This document shows positions 34,240-44,912 of a stretch of 64,000 bases of DNA, piece after piece. Source of the stretch: Candidatus Levyibacteriota bacterium (lineage in GTDB: Bacteria; Patescibacteriota; Microgenomatia; Levybacterales; UBA12049); assembly GCA_029260905.1 (NCBI GenBank), contig JAJDCH010000014.1:24129-88128 (forward strand), given 5' to 3'. The notes under the pieces are model-generated. The model was not told where the DNA came from. It did no database searches and saw nothing but the letters and a program-made list of their open reading frames with translations. Each line of letters opens with the position of its first letter. Positions within the stretch are counted from its first letter, which is position 1. The translations under genes were made by a program, and so were the position numbers.

Positions 34240-35480
34240 GCACTCTTTCCAAAAAATTTATTAAGCAAACTAAACCTAACTTTTCTTTTGGGAACTCTAG
34301 CTGCTTCTTTTAGAGTTCTTGGATGTCTAGCTTTTTTGCTTGTACTTATCGCAGGAAATGAATCTACAATTTTTTTTAGTGATCTTCCCTCATTTTTTTT
34401 CAAACCAACTATTTTATTAATTGCTAAACGTACGTCTTCCCAGGTACCATCAAAATTTATTCCCAATTCTTCTGCAAATTTACTAATTATTTCTTTAGTG
34501 GGTTTATCCGGCAATAAAGCTGTAATGTCAGATCCCCTAACGCGCTTTGCATTCTTTTTTTCAAGCGCTGATTTGAAAGCATTGATAATTAAATTCATTC
34601 TTTCTGTTTGGGCTCCTGTATCAGTATCAAATTCTCGCCTGTTGTCTTTATTTAAGTTGGCATCTCCGGTGCCCTGTCTTTTTTTCAATTCAAAAATAAT
34701 TGTTTCTTTTGTTTCTGTTTCTAGACCCGTATGCGCTTCTTTGTTTGCTTTAGGGGTTGCTGATATTTCAGAACGTGTTTGGGTGTTTGTGATTTCTGCT
34801 AAAACATTTGTTTGTTCATCAGGTAATACAAGCGCAATATCTCTTAATTCCTCTTGGGTCAGGTCAGGATTAAGCTTTTCCTGCTCTTTTCGTTTTCTGC
34901 GTCTTAATTCTTCTTCAAGAGCGCTTATATCAGCGTAGTATCTAGAACTAATTTTCGGCATTATTGTTGCTTCAGGTTGTCTGACAGGTATCTCAGTATT
35001 TGTTTTTATACTTTTTTTCTCGAGTATAGAAATTAACTCACCTGCAGTAGACTTGCTGTCGGGATTTATCTTTGCCTCTTTTGGTTCTGATTGGCTTTTT
35101 GGTATATTAATAGAAGAGCTAACAGCAGGACGTGTCACGTGTGTTTCTTCTGCTTTGGGAACAATAACTTTTACTTTTGCTTCAGGTACGGGTCTGAATT
35201 CCTGGCTAAAAATACCTAGTGGTACAGATGGTGTTTCTTTTATCGCTGGGGCAAGTGATGTTTCAGCAGTAGGTTGTTTTACGTCAATTGCATTTATCCT
35301 AGGTACAGAGATGGCAAATGGTTTCCCAAGTGTTTTTGCTGGGCCTTCATTGGTAACAACAGTTGAAAGATTGAATTGAGCAAAAGATGATGCACGAAAT
35401 TCTCCTCCTCCTGTTAGGGTTTTAGGTGATGCGATAGAAATATTCCCACTGCGTAATGATCCTCCTTCTATTCCTCTCAT
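34236..35480 (-). CDS. Hypothetical K/E/T-rich low-complexity protein
   Basis: The start is set at Met12 (35480), which has an AGGAGG site 8 nt upstream. No domain was recognised. Confidence 0.4.
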   Translation of the reverse strand: MRGIEGGSLRSGNISIASPKTLTGGGEFRASSFAQFNLSTVVTNEGPAKTLGKPFAISVPRINAIDVKQPTAETSLAPAIKETPSVPLGIFSQEFRPVPEAKVKVIVPKAEETHVTRPAVSSSINIPKSQSEPKEAKINPDSKSTAGELISILEKKSIKTNTEIPVRQPEATIMPKISSRYYADISALEEELRRRKRKEQEKLNPDLTQEELRDIALVLPDEQTNVLAEITNTQTRSEISATPKANKEAHTGLETETKETIIFELKKRQGTGDANLNKDNRREFDTDTGAQTERMNLIINAFKSALEKKNAKRVRGSDITALLPDKPTKEIISKFAEELGINFDGTWEDVRLAINKIVGLKKNEGRSLKKIVDSFPAISTSKKARHPRTLKEAARVPKRKVRFSLLNKFFGKSA

Positions 35481-35613
35481 AGCATATGCCTCCTTTACAT
35501 TTGGTACACACAATCTATTATATTTTATACTTTGCTTTTTTCATATTTATGTGAGGTGATTATAGTAGTTGAGGCGGATTGCAACTTGATATTTAGCTTA
35601 CAAAATGATTTTA

Positions 35614-36714
35614 TTATTCTCCCTCTTCAAGCTCAAGCGCATCTGAAGCAAGTGGCTTAAGGGATGGTATATGCGCCTGAAGTTCGCCATAAAGCTGATT
35701 ATTATTTCTTGAGAGTTTCTCTATATATGTTTCCATTCTTTTCCAGCGTCTTTCTGTTGTAGATTTTTCGGAATCAAGTTCTTTTTTCATAACATCTATC
35801 AATTCATCTCTTTGCTCAAATTTACTCCTGAACGAATCGCTTGTAATGACTTTATAAAGATCTCTTAGCTCATCATCGGTATGAGATGCAGACTTTTTAG
35901 CTATTGCTACATTGAGAATCCCAAGTCGGAGCACAGATGTAATTTGGATAACATACTCAAAAGAAGTTACCCAAACATTGTCTATACGATCATAAACTTT
36001 TACATCCTGAGGCATTCTATCTGTAACTAATATACAGTCACTGGCCTCAATTTTTCGCATATCTTCCTTTAGTTTTGTAAGCCAATTTTTGTTCCATGCT
36101 TTTGCTCTTTTTGCCTCCCAAAGAATAGTTCCTGCTACATTGCCAAATTTATTTCTAATTTCATGAATAATATCGCCACCTCTTATGCCTGTTGGAACTG
36201 GTTTAAAATTGTCATAAGGAAATGCTTCTCTAAGTCTTTCTTCAAGATCTCGCTCTAAAACGTCTCCCTGAAGCTGCTGAGAGCCTTGCTTGCCTTTTCT
36301 TTGAGCTTCTTCAAGCGCTTTTTGCATATCTTGAATTTTCTTTTCGTATTCAAGCTTTTCAAGTCGGTGTTTGGTTTCTGTTTCTTTTTCTATATTTTCT
36401 TTTAATTTTTTTTCGAATTCAATTCTTTCTTCCTTTTCCTGAGCTAGTTTTTTTAGAAGCTCAGTTTCTTTCTTGCTTGCTTCTTCAGATCTTTTTTTTA
36501 CCTCCTCAAGCTCTCTCCTTTGTTCTTTTGATGTTTGTTCAAATTCCACTCGAAGCCTTTTTTCATTTTCGGCTGAAATTTTTGCTTTTTCTTTCTCAAA
36601 TTCAGCTTGAATAATTTTCTTTTCTTCCTCACGGATTGCAGATTGAAATTCATGGATAAGTGCTTCTGAAAGTTCTACCTTTTTATTGCAATGAGGACAA
36701 ATAACGCTTTTCAT
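35614..36714 (-). CDS. Zinc-ribbon plus long coiled-coil protein with a C-terminal globular domain (DUF2130-like)
   Basis: The N-terminus has CPHCNKK. About 180 aa of E/K-rich coiled coil follow. The C-terminus reads GGDIIHEIRNKFGNVAGTILWEAKRAKAWNKNW. Confidence 0.45.
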   Translation of the reverse strand: MKSVICPHCNKKVELSEALIHEFQSAIREEEKKIIQAEFEKEKAKISAENEKRLRVEFEQTSKEQRRELEEVKKRSEEASKKETELLKKLAQEKEERIEFEKKLKENIEKETETKHRLEKLEYEKKIQDMQKALEEAQRKGKQGSQQLQGDVLERDLEERLREAFPYDNFKPVPTGIRGGDIIHEIRNKFGNVAGTILWEAKRAKAWNKNWLTKLKEDMRKIEASDCILVTDRMPQDVKVYDRIDNVWVTSFEYVIQITSVLRLGILNVAIAKKSASHTDDELRDLYKVITSDSFRSKFEQRDELIDVMKKELDSEKSTTERRWKRMETYIEKLSRNNNQLYGELQAHIPSLKPLASDALELEEGE

Positions 36715-36784
36715 AAAACAGTCTAACTATAATAAACCCTAAAACGTATTTTGACAAGGATAATATTGTGTTAAGATATAAAAA

Positions 36785-37186
36785 GTGAAAACAATTTTAC
36801 GAAATACACTTGTTTATGCTTTGCTTCTTTATTTTCTTCCCCTAGCTGTGCCGGGTGTTCAAATAACAGGTGGTATAATTACCCTTTTTGTAGGGGGATT
36901 TGGACTTGCGTTGATGTTTATGCTTTTAAAACCAGTTCTGACTATAATTAGTTTTCCAATTAACTTAATAACATTAGGTTTTTTTTCGCTTCTGACAAAT
37001 GCATTCATTATCTATATTCTTACTTTTTTTTTAAGCGATGTAACCATAGACGCTTTTAACTATCCTGGCTTTGAATTTTCAGGTTTTGTAATTCCAAAAA
37101 TAAATTTTAATACGTTTTTTGCATACGTATATGCTGCATTTCTTCTATCTTTTAGCGATTCTTTTATAAAGTGGTTGATAGACTAG
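36785..37186 (+). CDS. Small 4-TM membrane protein of the phage_holin_4_2 / YvlD family
   Basis: The sequence [46 protein letters not shown] matches that family pattern. Confidence 0.5.
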   Translation: MKTILRNTLVYALLLYFLPLAVPGVQITGGIITLFVGGFGLALMFMLLKPVLTIISFPINLITLGFFSLLTNAFIIYILTFFLSDVTIDAFNYPGFEFSGFVIPKINFNTFFAYVYAAFLLSFSDSFIKWLID

Positions 37187-37239
37187 ATCCCCCTCGTTGC
37201 CAATCATAAAAATTTCCTTTATAATAGTTCGGCTTCATA

Positions 37240-40125
37240 ATGGATAAAATTATAATAAAAGGTGCGCGTGAGCATAACTTAAAAAATATCAATCTTGAGA
37301 TTCCTAAAAACAAGCTTGTTGTATTAACAGGTCTTTCTGGATCTGGAAAATCTTCACTGGCTTTTGATACAGTCTATGCTGAGGGGCAAAGAAGATACGT
37401 AGAAAGTCTTTCATCTTATGCTAGGCAATTCTTGGGAACGATGAAAAAGCCTGATGTTGATTTGATTGAAGGATTGTCTCCTGCTATTTCAATTGATCAA
37501 AAATCAACTTCTCACAATCCGCGATCAACTGTTGGAACAGTAACTGAAATTTATGACTACATGAGGCTTCTTTTTGCAAGAGTCGGTCATCCACATTGTC
37601 CTGAATGTGGGCGGGAAATTGAAAGACAATCAAAAGAACAGATTGTAAATAATATATTAAAACTTACCCAAACTCACAAAGAAATGGGCAAAAAACTACT
37701 ACGGGTTCTTATCCTAGCACCAATTGTAAAAGATAGAAAAGGAGAATATACAGAACTATTTAAAGATTTACAAAAAAGAGGATATAGCAAAGTAAGAGTC
37801 GATGGAAAAATATATAATCTGACAGAGGATTTTGTGCTGATAAAAACCAATAAGCACTCAATAGATCTTGTAATCGATGCGATTGTTCTTTCGAAAGACA
37901 CAGAGCGGACAAGACTGGCAACAGATGTCGAGCAGGCGCTTAAATTTGGAGATGGCGAGATGATTATAAGCATTATAAAGGATGCCTCATTTGAAATGCC
38001 TGAAAAACCGGAAAAAATGGAAGATCAGCTGTTTTCTGAGAAATTTGCTTGTCCTGTTGATAATTTATCGCTTTCTGAAGTTGAACCAAGAATTTTTTCT
38101 TTTAACACTCCTCATGGCGCATGTCCAGAATGTTCAGGTCTTGGTCGTGTTCTTAATGTTGATCCTGAGCTTGTTTTTAATGACAATTTGACAATAAATG
38201 AAGGTGGGATAGTACCTTTTTTTAATATTGGAACAAGTGATACTTGGTTTGCAAGAACAGTAAAAAAGTTTTGTGAAGAAAATGATATTGCACTAAATAA
38301 AAGATTAAGTGAAATATCAGAAGAAAAGAAAAAGCTTCTTGTAAAAGGAACAGGCAATAAAGAATATTTTGTCGAAGGAGAAAATCGTTGGGGTCATGAA
38401 ACAGCAATAAGTGAGCCTTTTAAGGGAATTGAGGGTGAGTTGAAGAAAAAATATAATGAATCTGATTCGCAGTATATGAGATCTCAAATTGATAAATTTA
38501 TGCGTTATGAAATATGTCCAGCATGTAAAGGAGGTCGCTTAAAAAAAGAAGCTTTATCAGTAACAATCAACAATAAGTCAATTGTTGCGGTTTCAGATAT
38601 GCCAATTGAAAAAGCACTGGAATTTATAAGCGGATTAGAAAATATATTTACTAATCGCGAGCAAGAGATAGGAAAAATGATTTTAAGAGAAATAAAAGAA
38701 AGACTTTCTTTTCTTTCAAATGTTGGTTTGGAATATTTAACTCTTGCAAGAACTGCATCAACTTTGGCAGGTGGAGAAGCGCAAAGAATAAGGCTTGCAT
38801 CGCAAATCGGATCAGGCTTGACAGGGGTTCTTTACGTACTTGATGAACCATCGATTGGACTTCATCAAAGAGATAACTCTAAATTAATTGAAACTCTAAA
38901 AAAACTTCGTGATCTTGGTAATACTGTGCTTGTTGTAGAGCATGATCAGGACACAATGGAGCAATCTGATTATATATATGATTTCGGTCCAGGTGCTGGC
39001 GAGAATGGGGGCTACATAACAGCAGAAGGAACTATAGATCAAATTAAAAAAAATAAAAATTCACTTACCGGACAATATTTATCAGGAAAAAAACAAATAA
39101 AATCACAGAAATCTGAAAGCGAGCACGATCAAGGAAAATCGTTAAAACTAATTGGTGCAAAAGAACATAATCTCAAAAATATAACAGTTGAATTTCCTCT
39201 TAATATGTTAACAGTTGTAACAGGTGTTTCAGGATCAGGTAAATCAACTTTGGTTAATGATATTTTGTATCACGCGATGATGATGAAGAAAAATTCATAT
39301 CATCCACAAAAGCCAGGAGAATTTACTGAACTTGCAGGATCTGAAAATATTAGAAATGTTTTTGCAATTGACCAATCCCCAATTGGCAGAACACCAAGAA
39401 GTAATCCTGCAACTTACACTGGCGCATTCACTTATATTAGAACTCTTTTTGCAAGCACGAAAGAGGCAAAGCTGAGAGGTTATGGACCAGGAAGATTTTC
39501 GTTTAATGTAAAAGGCGGCAGATGTGAGGCGTGTGAAGGTGAGGGGCAGATAAAGATTGAAATGCAGTTCATGCCAGATGTTTATATAACGTGTGAAGTT
39601 TGTGAGGGGTCTCAATACACACACGATGCACTTGAGGTGTTGTTTAATGGAAAAAATATTGCTGATGTTCTTTCCATGAGCGTAAAAGAAGCACTTGAGT
39701 TTTTTCATTTTGTCCCCTCACTTGCACGAAAACTTGAAACCCTAAATGACGTTGGTCTTTCTTATATAAAGCTTGGACAGCCTGCTCCTACTTTATCTGG
39801 AGGTGAGGCGCAACGAGTGAAACTGGCAACCGAGTTGTCAAAAAAAGGAAGAGATGCACTATATATCCTAGATGAGCCAACAACCGGTCTCCATTTTGCA
39901 GATCTTGAAAAACTTCTTCATGTTCTTCGCAAATTAGTAGATGCAGGTAATTCAGTAATTGTGATTGAGCATAATCTAGATGTGATAAAAAACGCTGATC
40001 ATATAATTGATTTGGGGCCTGAAGGTGGTGAGAAAGGCGGACAGATTGTAGCAACAGGAACACCTCTTGAAATTGCATCACATTTAACGTCTTGGACAGG
40101 AAAATTTTTGAAAAAAGTTTTATAA
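37240..40125 (+). CDS. uvrA: Excinuclease ABC subunit A
   Basis: It has two ABC modules with Walker A ([13 protein letters not shown]; [13 protein letters not shown]), signature [12 protein letters not shown] / [12 protein letters not shown] and zinc-finger CxxC pairs. It is 961 aa. Confidence 0.95.
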   Translation: MDKIIIKGAREHNLKNINLEIPKNKLVVLTGLSGSGKSSLAFDTVYAEGQRRYVESLSSYARQFLGTMKKPDVDLIEGLSPAISIDQKSTSHNPRSTVGTVTEIYDYMRLLFARVGHPHCPECGREIERQSKEQIVNNILKLTQTHKEMGKKLLRVLILAPIVKDRKGEYTELFKDLQKRGYSKVRVDGKIYNLTEDFVLIKTNKHSIDLVIDAIVLSKDTERTRLATDVEQALKFGDGEMIISIIKDASFEMPEKPEKMEDQLFSEKFACPVDNLSLSEVEPRIFSFNTPHGACPECSGLGRVLNVDPELVFNDNLTINEGGIVPFFNIGTSDTWFARTVKKFCEENDIALNKRLSEISEEKKKLLVKGTGNKEYFVEGENRWGHETAISEPFKGIEGELKKKYNESDSQYMRSQIDKFMRYEICPACKGGRLKKEALSVTINNKSIVAVSDMPIEKALEFISGLENIFTNREQEIGKMILREIKERLSFLSNVGLEYLTLARTASTLAGGEAQRIRLASQIGSGLTGVLYVLDEPSIGLHQRDNSKLIETLKKLRDLGNTVLVVEHDQDTMEQSDYIYDFGPGAGENGGYITAEGTIDQIKKNKNSLTGQYLSGKKQIKSQKSESEHDQGKSLKLIGAKEHNLKNITVEFPLNMLTVVTGVSGSGKSTLVNDILYHAMMMKKNSYHPQKPGEFTELAGSENIRNVFAIDQSPIGRTPRSNPATYTGAFTYIRTLFASTKEAKLRGYGPGRFSFNVKGGRCEACEGEGQIKIEMQFMPDVYITCEVCEGSQYTHDALEVLFNGKNIADVLSMSVKEALEFFHFVPSLARKLETLNDVGLSYIKLGQPAPTLSGGEAQRVKLATELSKKGRDALYILDEPTTGLHFADLEKLLHVLRKLVDAGNSVIVIEHNLDVIKNADHIIDLGPEGGEKGGQIVATGTPLEIASHLTSWTGKFLKKVL

Positions 40126-40140
40126 TACGAGTTACGAATT

Positions 40141-42024
40141 ATGAATCGAGAATTAAGGAATGATAATAAGAATAAATCCTTTTTTCTAGGTTTTTTATTT
40201 TTGTTTCAGAAGTTTACAGTTTTTTTATTAACCTTTTTTTTATTAATTTTTTTAAATACCTCAAAAATCAGTGCCTCAAGTAATTTTATAACTGATTACA
40301 ATGTTACTTATACTGTGCTTGACTCAGGTATTACGAAAGCAAATTTTAAAATATCTCTTACAAATAAAACATCTGATTTTTATGCTTCTTCCTATAATGT
40401 CCAACTTGGATTTGAAGACATGAAAAATGTGCGTGTCACTGATCCTAAAGGAACGATCACACCAGTTGTAACTAAGGTTGAAAATGGACACATTCTAGAC
40501 CTTAGCTTTAATGAAAAATCAATTGGTAAAGACTCAAAAATGATTTTTGATATTTATTTTGAAACACCTGAAATTGCTGCAAAAATTGGAAAAATTTGGG
40601 AAATTAATGTACCCGGTGTTAGCGAAGTGTCTGAATTTAACAGTTTTAACGTAGAAATAATAGTACCTGATGAATTTGGAAGCCCGACTTATGTCAAGCC
40701 TGTCAAAAGTGACAATGATCTTAAATTTTCAAAAGAAGAACTTGGAAAATCAGGAATATCATTAGGATTTGGCAAAAAACAAATTTACAATTTTGATCTT
40801 TTGTATCATCTAAAAAATACAAATCTTTATCCAATTGATACAGAAATAGCAATTCCCATGACTACCAACTACCAAACAGTTTATATATCAAATATCGATC
40901 CAGAGCCAATAGATGTTGATATTGATAAAGACGGAAATTGGCTTGCAAAATATAAAATGCTTCCATCTGAAAGAAAAAATGTTCGTGTAAAAGGAGCAGT
41001 TGAAATAAGTCTTGCTCCCAAAGAAGTTCTACTTTCAAATTCAGAAAAAAAACTTTATACAAGACCGACTTTAAATTGGCAAACAGAAAATCCTGAGATC
41101 AAAAAAAATGCAGCTAATCTTAAAACACCAAGGGCAATTTATGATTATGTAATAAGCTCTCTTAATTATGATTTTAAAAGAGTAGAAAAACAGCTTCCCA
41201 GGCTTGGCGCTGCGCAGGCATTGGCTAAATCAGACTCAGCAGTTTGTCGCGAGTTCACAGATCTTTTTGTGGCTATTGCAAGATCAGCCGGTATTCCAGC
41301 ACGGGAAGTGAATGGATATGCATATACACAAAATTCCAAGCAGCGTCCCCTCTCGCTTATTCAGGACATACTTCATGCATGGCCTGAGTATTACGACTAT
41401 GATAAAAAAACTTGGGTTATGATTGATCCAACATGGGGAAATACAACTGGCGGTGTTGATTATTTTGAAGTTTTGGATTTTGATCATTTTGCATTTGCAA
41501 TAAAGGGTATTCAAGATGATTATCCTGTGCCTGCTGGTGGTTATAAATTTGAAGACAACAAAGACAAAAAAGATGTAAGCATTTCTTTTGATGGAAATAT
41601 ACCTGAGGTTATTCAAAGCATTGATGTGGATACTAATTTTAAGGATCCAATTTTTACCGTTCTTCCCATAAGGGGAAGGTTAGTTTTCATAAATACGGGT
41701 TCAGTTTTGATAGATAGTCAGGAGATAGTTGTTGTTTCAGAAGATTTGAATCCATCAGAACAAAAAATTAAAATAAATTCAATTCCACCATTTGGAAAAG
41801 AAGAAATTGAGATAAGTTTTAATTCTATTTTTTCATTTTCAAAAAAAGATGCGAGGATATCTATCTTAATAGCAGGTGTTGAAATATATAAACAAATAAA
41901 AATTATTCCTTTTTACCAAAATATTTGGGGAGTAGGAGGTGTTTTTGGTGGAATATTTACGGTCGGGTTACTCATCTTTGCCAGAAAAGCCTGGGGTTTA
42001 CATATTTTTGGACGAAAAAAATAA
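40141..42024 (+). CDS. Transglutaminase-like superfamily membrane protein
   Basis: The N-terminal TM anchor and the C-terminal TM anchor flank a TGase core. The core has Cys (AVCREFTDLFVAIARSAGIPAR), His (HAWPEYY) and Asp (DPTW). Confidence 0.75.
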   Translation: MNRELRNDNKNKSFFLGFLFLFQKFTVFLLTFFLLIFLNTSKISASSNFITDYNVTYTVLDSGITKANFKISLTNKTSDFYASSYNVQLGFEDMKNVRVTDPKGTITPVVTKVENGHILDLSFNEKSIGKDSKMIFDIYFETPEIAAKIGKIWEINVPGVSEVSEFNSFNVEIIVPDEFGSPTYVKPVKSDNDLKFSKEELGKSGISLGFGKKQIYNFDLLYHLKNTNLYPIDTEIAIPMTTNYQTVYISNIDPEPIDVDIDKDGNWLAKYKMLPSERKNVRVKGAVEISLAPKEVLLSNSEKKLYTRPTLNWQTENPEIKKNAANLKTPRAIYDYVISSLNYDFKRVEKQLPRLGAAQALAKSDSAVCREFTDLFVAIARSAGIPAREVNGYAYTQNSKQRPLSLIQDILHAWPEYYDYDKKTWVMIDPTWGNTTGGVDYFEVLDFDHFAFAIKGIQDDYPVPAGGYKFEDNKDKKDVSISFDGNIPEVIQSIDVDTNFKDPIFTVLPIRGRLVFINTGSVLIDSQEIVVVSEDLNPSEQKIKINSIPPFGKEEIEISFNSIFSFSKKDARISILIAGVEIYKQIKIIPFYQNIWGVGGVFGGIFTVGLLIFARKAWGLHIFGRKK

Positions 42025-43234
42025 AGTTCTCTATGTTGGTAAGGCAATAAATTTAAAATCTCGTGTCTCTTCATATTTTGCAAAATCAGGGCTTGGTGAA
42101 AAAACAAAATTAATGGTTTCAAAGATCAACAGGATAAGAATCATAACTGTTGAATCAGAGCTTGAAGCGCTTCTTCTTGAAGCTTTTTACATTAAAAAAT
42201 ACAAAGCTCGTTACAATGTAAAGCTAGCAGATGGAAAAGCTTATGTTCTTATCAAAATAAATCTAAAAGATAAATACCCTGCTGTTCTTATCTCAAGAAA
42301 AAAAGATGATCTTGATTCAGTTTATTTTGGTCCTTATCCTAACTCAAGTGCTGTAAGAACAGTTCTAAGAGTAATTAGGAAAGCATTTCCCTATCAGTCG
42401 GTTCTCAATCATCCAAAAAAAACTTGTCTTTATAACCATATTGGTCTTTGTCCCTGTCCTAATGTTTATGACTCACCTGTACTACAAAAAGAATACAAAA
42501 AAAATATCAAAAACATCATCAGAATTCTTGAAGGAAAATCTAAAAAAATACTGATTGAGCTTGAAAAAAAAAGAGACAAGCGTAGTGAGACTGAAAATTA
42601 TGAAGTTGCTCTTGAGCTTCAAAGGAAAATTAACGCCTTAAAAGTAATTACAGAGCCTTTTTTAAGACCTCATGAGTATGATTTAAATCCAAACCTTAGA
42701 CAAGACATAAGAGCAAAAGAATTAGCTGAACTTATCGAAATATTAAATGATAGCAAACTGAAAATTAAGAAATTAGATAGGATTGAGTGCTATGATATTT
42801 CAAACATTCAGGGAACAAATGCAACAGGCTCGCTTGTTGTTTTGACAAAAGGTGAAATCGATAAATCTCAATATAGAAAGTTTAAAATAAAAAGAAAAAA
42901 TACGCCAAATGATTTTGCGATGATGGAGGAGGTCCTGAGACGCAGATTCAATCGTACTGATTGGGAGATTCCTAATTTAATTGTGGTTGATGGTGGAAAA
43001 GGTCAAGTTACATCAGCGCTTAAAGCACTTGTTGCTAGTAATGTTAATATCCCGATTGTTGGTCTTGCAAAAAGAGAAGAAACAATTATTATTCCAATCA
43101 GAAAAAACTTCAAAGAAATTTTATTACCAAAAAATAGTAAAGCACTGCATTTAATTATGCGAATCAGAGATGAAGCTCATAGATTTGCAATCACTTATCA
43201 TAAGCATTTAAGAAGTAAGCAGTTTCTTAAATAA
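41945..43234 (+). CDS. uvrC: Excinuclease ABC subunit C, short form (GIY-YIG, UvrBC and RNaseH-like domains; no C-terminal (HhH)2 domain)
   Basis: It has the GIY-YIG motif PEKPGVYIFLDEKNKVLYVGKA. It ends right after the RIRDEAHRFAITYH motif. The start is probably the TTG at 41945 or the GTG at 41948, 5-8 nt after AGGAGG. It overlaps the upstream gene by about 80 bp. Confidence 0.8.
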   Translation: MVEYLRSGYSSLPEKPGVYIFLDEKNKVLYVGKAINLKSRVSSYFAKSGLGEKTKLMVSKINRIRIITVESELEALLLEAFYIKKYKARYNVKLADGKAYVLIKINLKDKYPAVLISRKKDDLDSVYFGPYPNSSAVRTVLRVIRKAFPYQSVLNHPKKTCLYNHIGLCPCPNVYDSPVLQKEYKKNIKNIIRILEGKSKKILIELEKKRDKRSETENYEVALELQRKINALKVITEPFLRPHEYDLNPNLRQDIRAKELAELIEILNDSKLKIKKLDRIECYDISNIQGTNATGSLVVLTKGEIDKSQYRKFKIKRKNTPNDFAMMEEVLRRRFNRTDWEIPNLIVVDGGKGQVTSALKALVASNVNIPIVGLAKREETIIIPIRKNFKEILLPKNSKALHLIMRIRDEAHRFAITYHKHLRSKQFLK

Positions 43235-43237
43235 TGC

Positions 43238-44590
43238 TTATCCTCTCTTAATCTCGTATTCGTAAGGAAAATAGAGAAATGATGCTGGGACATCTTCCCA
43301 AAGGTAACGTTGAAAGTCAGTATAAACACTACGTCTTTCATTTTGATTTGCTGTTTTTCTTCCATCTTCAAGAAGTTTATCAATTCTTAGATTTTTGTAT
43401 TTTGTAATATTGTTGATTTGTCCTGAATGCCAAAGGGTATATTGATCAGGGTCTTTTGGAAGATTAAAATCCCCTAGAAATATTTGAAAACTTGTTGGTA
43501 CCTGATCTACTTCTTCAATTTTTGTTATCACACCTGCTTTTTTCCAGTATTCACTTATTTTTTCAGCGAGATTTTTATATTTTGGTAAAGTTTTGAGATT
43601 TACTGTTCTTGCAGAACCCGACGCGCTTGAGTCTTCAAGTAAAAGCATCGCATGTTCGAAATCTTGAATACGGCCTGTTATTTCCTGATTATAAAAATGT
43701 GATGTTTTTGGATATGATTGGTAAACTCTTTCACCATTTTCAAACTTATTTGGCAACGAATAATCGAGTGCAAGTCTTACTTTTTTATCCGACAAAACAG
43801 GATCAGAGGTATTGTAAAAAACGGTAATTAGTTTGGAGTTATTAATCTTTGTTGTCACATCTGTTCTTGAAAAGTCAGAAAAGTTATATTCTTTAAATGT
43901 TGAATTAGTAAGGCCTTTTGCTGTGTCTATTTCGCCTAAGAGATAGGCCATTTTCAATGCTTCATCAGATGGATAAAATTGATATCTAATTACATTAAAT
44001 CTATTTTTTGAGCTGGAGACTTGAATTGATTGTACGAAATTTCCGTTTAAATCAACATCATCGATTGAATATTCTCCAACTCCGACATAACCATTTTTAA
44101 AAATTGGACTTGAGACAGTTGAAAGAAAGGGCGCGTATGAATTTTTTAGTTTAAATACCAGCGTATCCATATCTGGTTTTTCAACTGCGACATCAGTAAA
44201 ATTATAGTTTATATCATTTGAATTAAGAATCTTACCATCAGTAAACTTAATGTCTTTTTTGAGTGTAAAAATGTAAGTTTTTCCATCGTCTTTGACAATC
44301 CATTTTTCAGCAACATCTGGTTTTATTGTTCCATCTTCCTCTATTTTTGTTAACCCTCGACCAATTTTGCTCATAACAATTGGTGGAAGATGATTTACGT
44401 CATAAGCCCCAACCATTCCTATCGTCTCTTTCTTGCTAACAGGAATTATTTTCGTTAAAGTGGATGAACCAAAATATAATCCTGAAAATATAAAAAGACC
44501 TGCAAGAAAGGAGAATAAAATAATTTTTTTAGACTTTTTAAGATATGCCTTAAGAAGCCAAAAAATCAGTCTTTTTCTAAATATAATCAT
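43238..44590 (-). CDS. Membrane-anchored solute-binding protein, ABC family 5 (peptide/nickel)-like, orphan
   Basis: It has an N-terminal TM anchor. The segment KIIPVSKKETIGMVGAY...TFTLKKDIKFTDGKILNSNDI resembles the SBP_bac_5 N-lobe. There is no adjacent permease or ATPase. Confidence 0.45.
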   Translation of the reverse strand: MIIFRKRLIFWLLKAYLKKSKKIILFSFLAGLFIFSGLYFGSSTLTKIIPVSKKETIGMVGAYDVNHLPPIVMSKIGRGLTKIEEDGTIKPDVAEKWIVKDDGKTYIFTLKKDIKFTDGKILNSNDINYNFTDVAVEKPDMDTLVFKLKNSYAPFLSTVSSPIFKNGYVGVGEYSIDDVDLNGNFVQSIQVSSSKNRFNVIRYQFYPSDEALKMAYLLGEIDTAKGLTNSTFKEYNFSDFSRTDVTTKINNSKLITVFYNTSDPVLSDKKVRLALDYSLPNKFENGERVYQSYPKTSHFYNQEITGRIQDFEHAMLLLEDSSASGSARTVNLKTLPKYKNLAEKISEYWKKAGVITKIEEVDQVPTSFQIFLGDFNLPKDPDQYTLWHSGQINNITKYKNLRIDKLLEDGRKTANQNERRSVYTDFQRYLWEDVPASFLYFPYEYEIKRG

Positions 44591-44608
44591 ATTTTCCTAA
44601 TTCTCATT

Positions 44609-44833
44609 TTAGCTTTGAGGAAATAGAAGTATAAGTGAGATGCCAACTAATAAAGCTGCAAGCACAATTGTCGCAACAACAAAAAATTTTTCAACATTTC
44701 TTTTGCTCCTGTAGGACTCTCCACCCCCACCAAATACAGCAGACATTCCCTCTTCAGGAACTTGAAGAAGAATAACTGCTATTAAAAGTACAGACACAAT
44801 TATTTGAAATATATTAAGTACAGTCGTGAACAT
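44609..44833 (-). CDS. secG: Preprotein translocase subunit SecG
   Basis: It is 74 aa with two TM helices, a Gly-rich loop (VFGGGGESYRSKR) and the LLQ motif in TM1. Confidence 0.7.
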   Translation of the reverse strand: MFTTVLNIFQIIVSVLLIAVILLQVPEEGMSAVFGGGGESYRSKRNVEKFFVVATIVLAALLVGISLILLFPQS

Positions 44834-44897
44834 ATCAAACAGCTTTAATTATATAGCTATTAAGGCTGGTATGCAAGTTTATAAAAAAAATGCCATA

Positions 44898-44906
44898 TGC
44901 TATAAT
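44898..44906 (+). promoter_or_regulatory. Extended -10 element TGcTATAAT, 6 nt upstream of the aroG-type ATG (predicted leaderless)
   Basis: TGCTATAAT lies at 44898-44906 and the ATG at 44913. There is no Shine-Dalgarno sequence. Confidence 0.45.
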
Positions 44907-44912
44907 CATCAG

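Noticed and set aside
37674-39708. Several 60-137-aa ORFs inside and antisense to uvrA
   Set aside because: They are embedded in a highly conserved, confidently identified uvrA reading frame. They are typical shadow ORFs of an AT-rich genome.
41939-41944. The GTG at 41939 that the ORF track proposes as the uvrC start
   Set aside because: The GTG overlaps the last base of the AGGAGG Shine-Dalgarno sequence, giving zero spacing. In-frame TTG (41945) and GTG (41948) codons sit at 5-8 nt spacing and are far more plausible initiators.
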